64,000 nt of DNA from Mobula hypostoma. Taxonomy: Eukaryota. The first letter of the stretch is position 1; each line of letters opens with the position of its first letter. Below the pieces are notes generated by a model that was not told where the DNA came from, searched no databases, and saw nothing but the letters and a program-made list of their open reading frames with translations. Shown here in pieces: positions 63,199 through 64,000 of this stretch. The translations under genes were made by a program, and so were the position numbers. The stretch spans positions 217,870,001 to 217,934,000 of the forward strand of contig NC_086097.1 of assembly GCF_963921235.1 (NCBI RefSeq), given 5' to 3'.

Positions 63199-64000
63199 AT
63201 GGAGTCTATTATTAATTTTGTCTCCTGGAATACTAATGGTCTTAATCATCCTATTAAAAGAAAAAAAGTTTTTAAAGTGTTCCGGAGACTTAAAGCACAA
63301 ATTTTATTTTTACAAGAGACCCATGTACGAAGGGGGGACAGACTACGTTTTTTCAAATTCTGGAAGGGACAACAATTTCATTCGAACTCCAATGCTAAGA
63401 TTCGAGGCGTCTCTATTTTTATAGATTCCTCAGTTACTTTTATACAACAGGATATTATCTCTGATCCGAATGGTAGATTTTTATTGGTTAGTGGTTTACT
63501 ATTTAATAAAAAAGTAGTTTTGGTTAATGTTTATGCTCCTAATATGGATTGTCCGGAATTTTATAAATCATTGTTTGATCAGTTTCCGAATTTGAACGAG
63601 TTTTCATTGATTTGGGGCGGAGATCTTAATACCTGTTTATCTCCAGCTTTGGACCGTTCGGCTCCTTTACGGACTTTACCTAATAAATCTGCAAATTTGA
63701 TTAATTTTTTCCTTTCTGATTCTGGGTCGACGGATATTTGGCGTTTTCTGCATCCTCAGGAAAAAGATTTTTCCTTTTTTTCACATGTTCATCATTCCTA
63801 TTCAAGAATTGATTATTTTTTTATTGATTCTCGTCTCATTCCTTCAGTGATTAAATGTGATTATGATTCTATAACCATTTCGGATCATGCTCCACTTAAG
63901 CTTTCTATTAAAATTATGGCCAATATACCAAACAATAGACAATGGCGTTTTAATTCGCTGTTGCTTCAGGACTCGGACTTTGTTAATTTTATGAATGAAC
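63199..64000 (+). CDS. L1 ORF2 APE endonuclease domain (partial, open to window end)
   Basis: Manual translation gives MESIINFVSWNTNGL..FLQETH..VNVYAPN..GGDLN..YSRIDY..SDHAP..WRFNS with no stop in 267 codons. Absent from the ORF track, presumably because it has no stop in the window. Confidence 0.93.
   Translation, partial: MESIINFVSWNTNGLNHPIKRKKVFKVFRRLKAQILFLQETHVRRGDRLRFFKFWKGQQFHSNSNAKIRGVSIFIDSSVTFIQQDIISDPNGRFLLVSGLLFNKKVVLVNVYAPNMDCPEFYKSLFDQFPNLNEFSLIWGGDLNTCLSPALDRSAPLRTLPNKSANLINFFLSDSGSTDIWRFLHPQEKDFSFFSHVHHSYSRIDYFFIDSRLIPSVIKCDYDSITISDHAPLKLSIKIMANIPNNRQWRFNSLLLQDSDFVNFMNE

Larger units (their letters stand above)
61418..64000 (+). mobile_element. Young L1-clade LINE, 5' portion (runs off window)
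   Basis: Begins GGGGAGACTTCCGG, similar to the GTGGACTTCC 5' end of the other L1; intact ORF1, long spacer, open ORF2. Confidence 0.95.

Overview
Eukaryotic, repeat-rich vertebrate DNA, inferred to be from a cartilaginous fish (probably a ray) because of its V-SINE, CR1, Rex-Babar and Penelope content. It contains the head-to-head gene pair COPS5 (minus strand, coding exons 1-2; exon 3 not seen) and CSPP1 (plus strand, CpG-island promoter and four coding exons). Most of the rest is nested transposable elements: many CR1 LINEs (one almost intact and full-length), two L1s (one full-length with a TSD, one with intact ORFs running off the window end), Rex1/Babar copies and derivatives, Penelope-like elements, a Tc1 transposon, a palindromic hAT MITE, a solo LTR and SINEs. 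Strongest lead: the CR1 ORF1/ORF2 junction has the layout of a programmed -1 ribosomal frameshift (U_UUA_AAC just before the ORF1 stop; ORF2 in the -1 frame with no AUG). Other leads are degenerate hammerhead-ribozyme motifs in Penelope repeats, a locally templated inverted insertion, and a strong alternative splice donor just upstream of the COPS5 start codon. Repeat boundaries were set by eye and are approximate unless a TSD is given. Most ORFs in the supplied track are TE debris.
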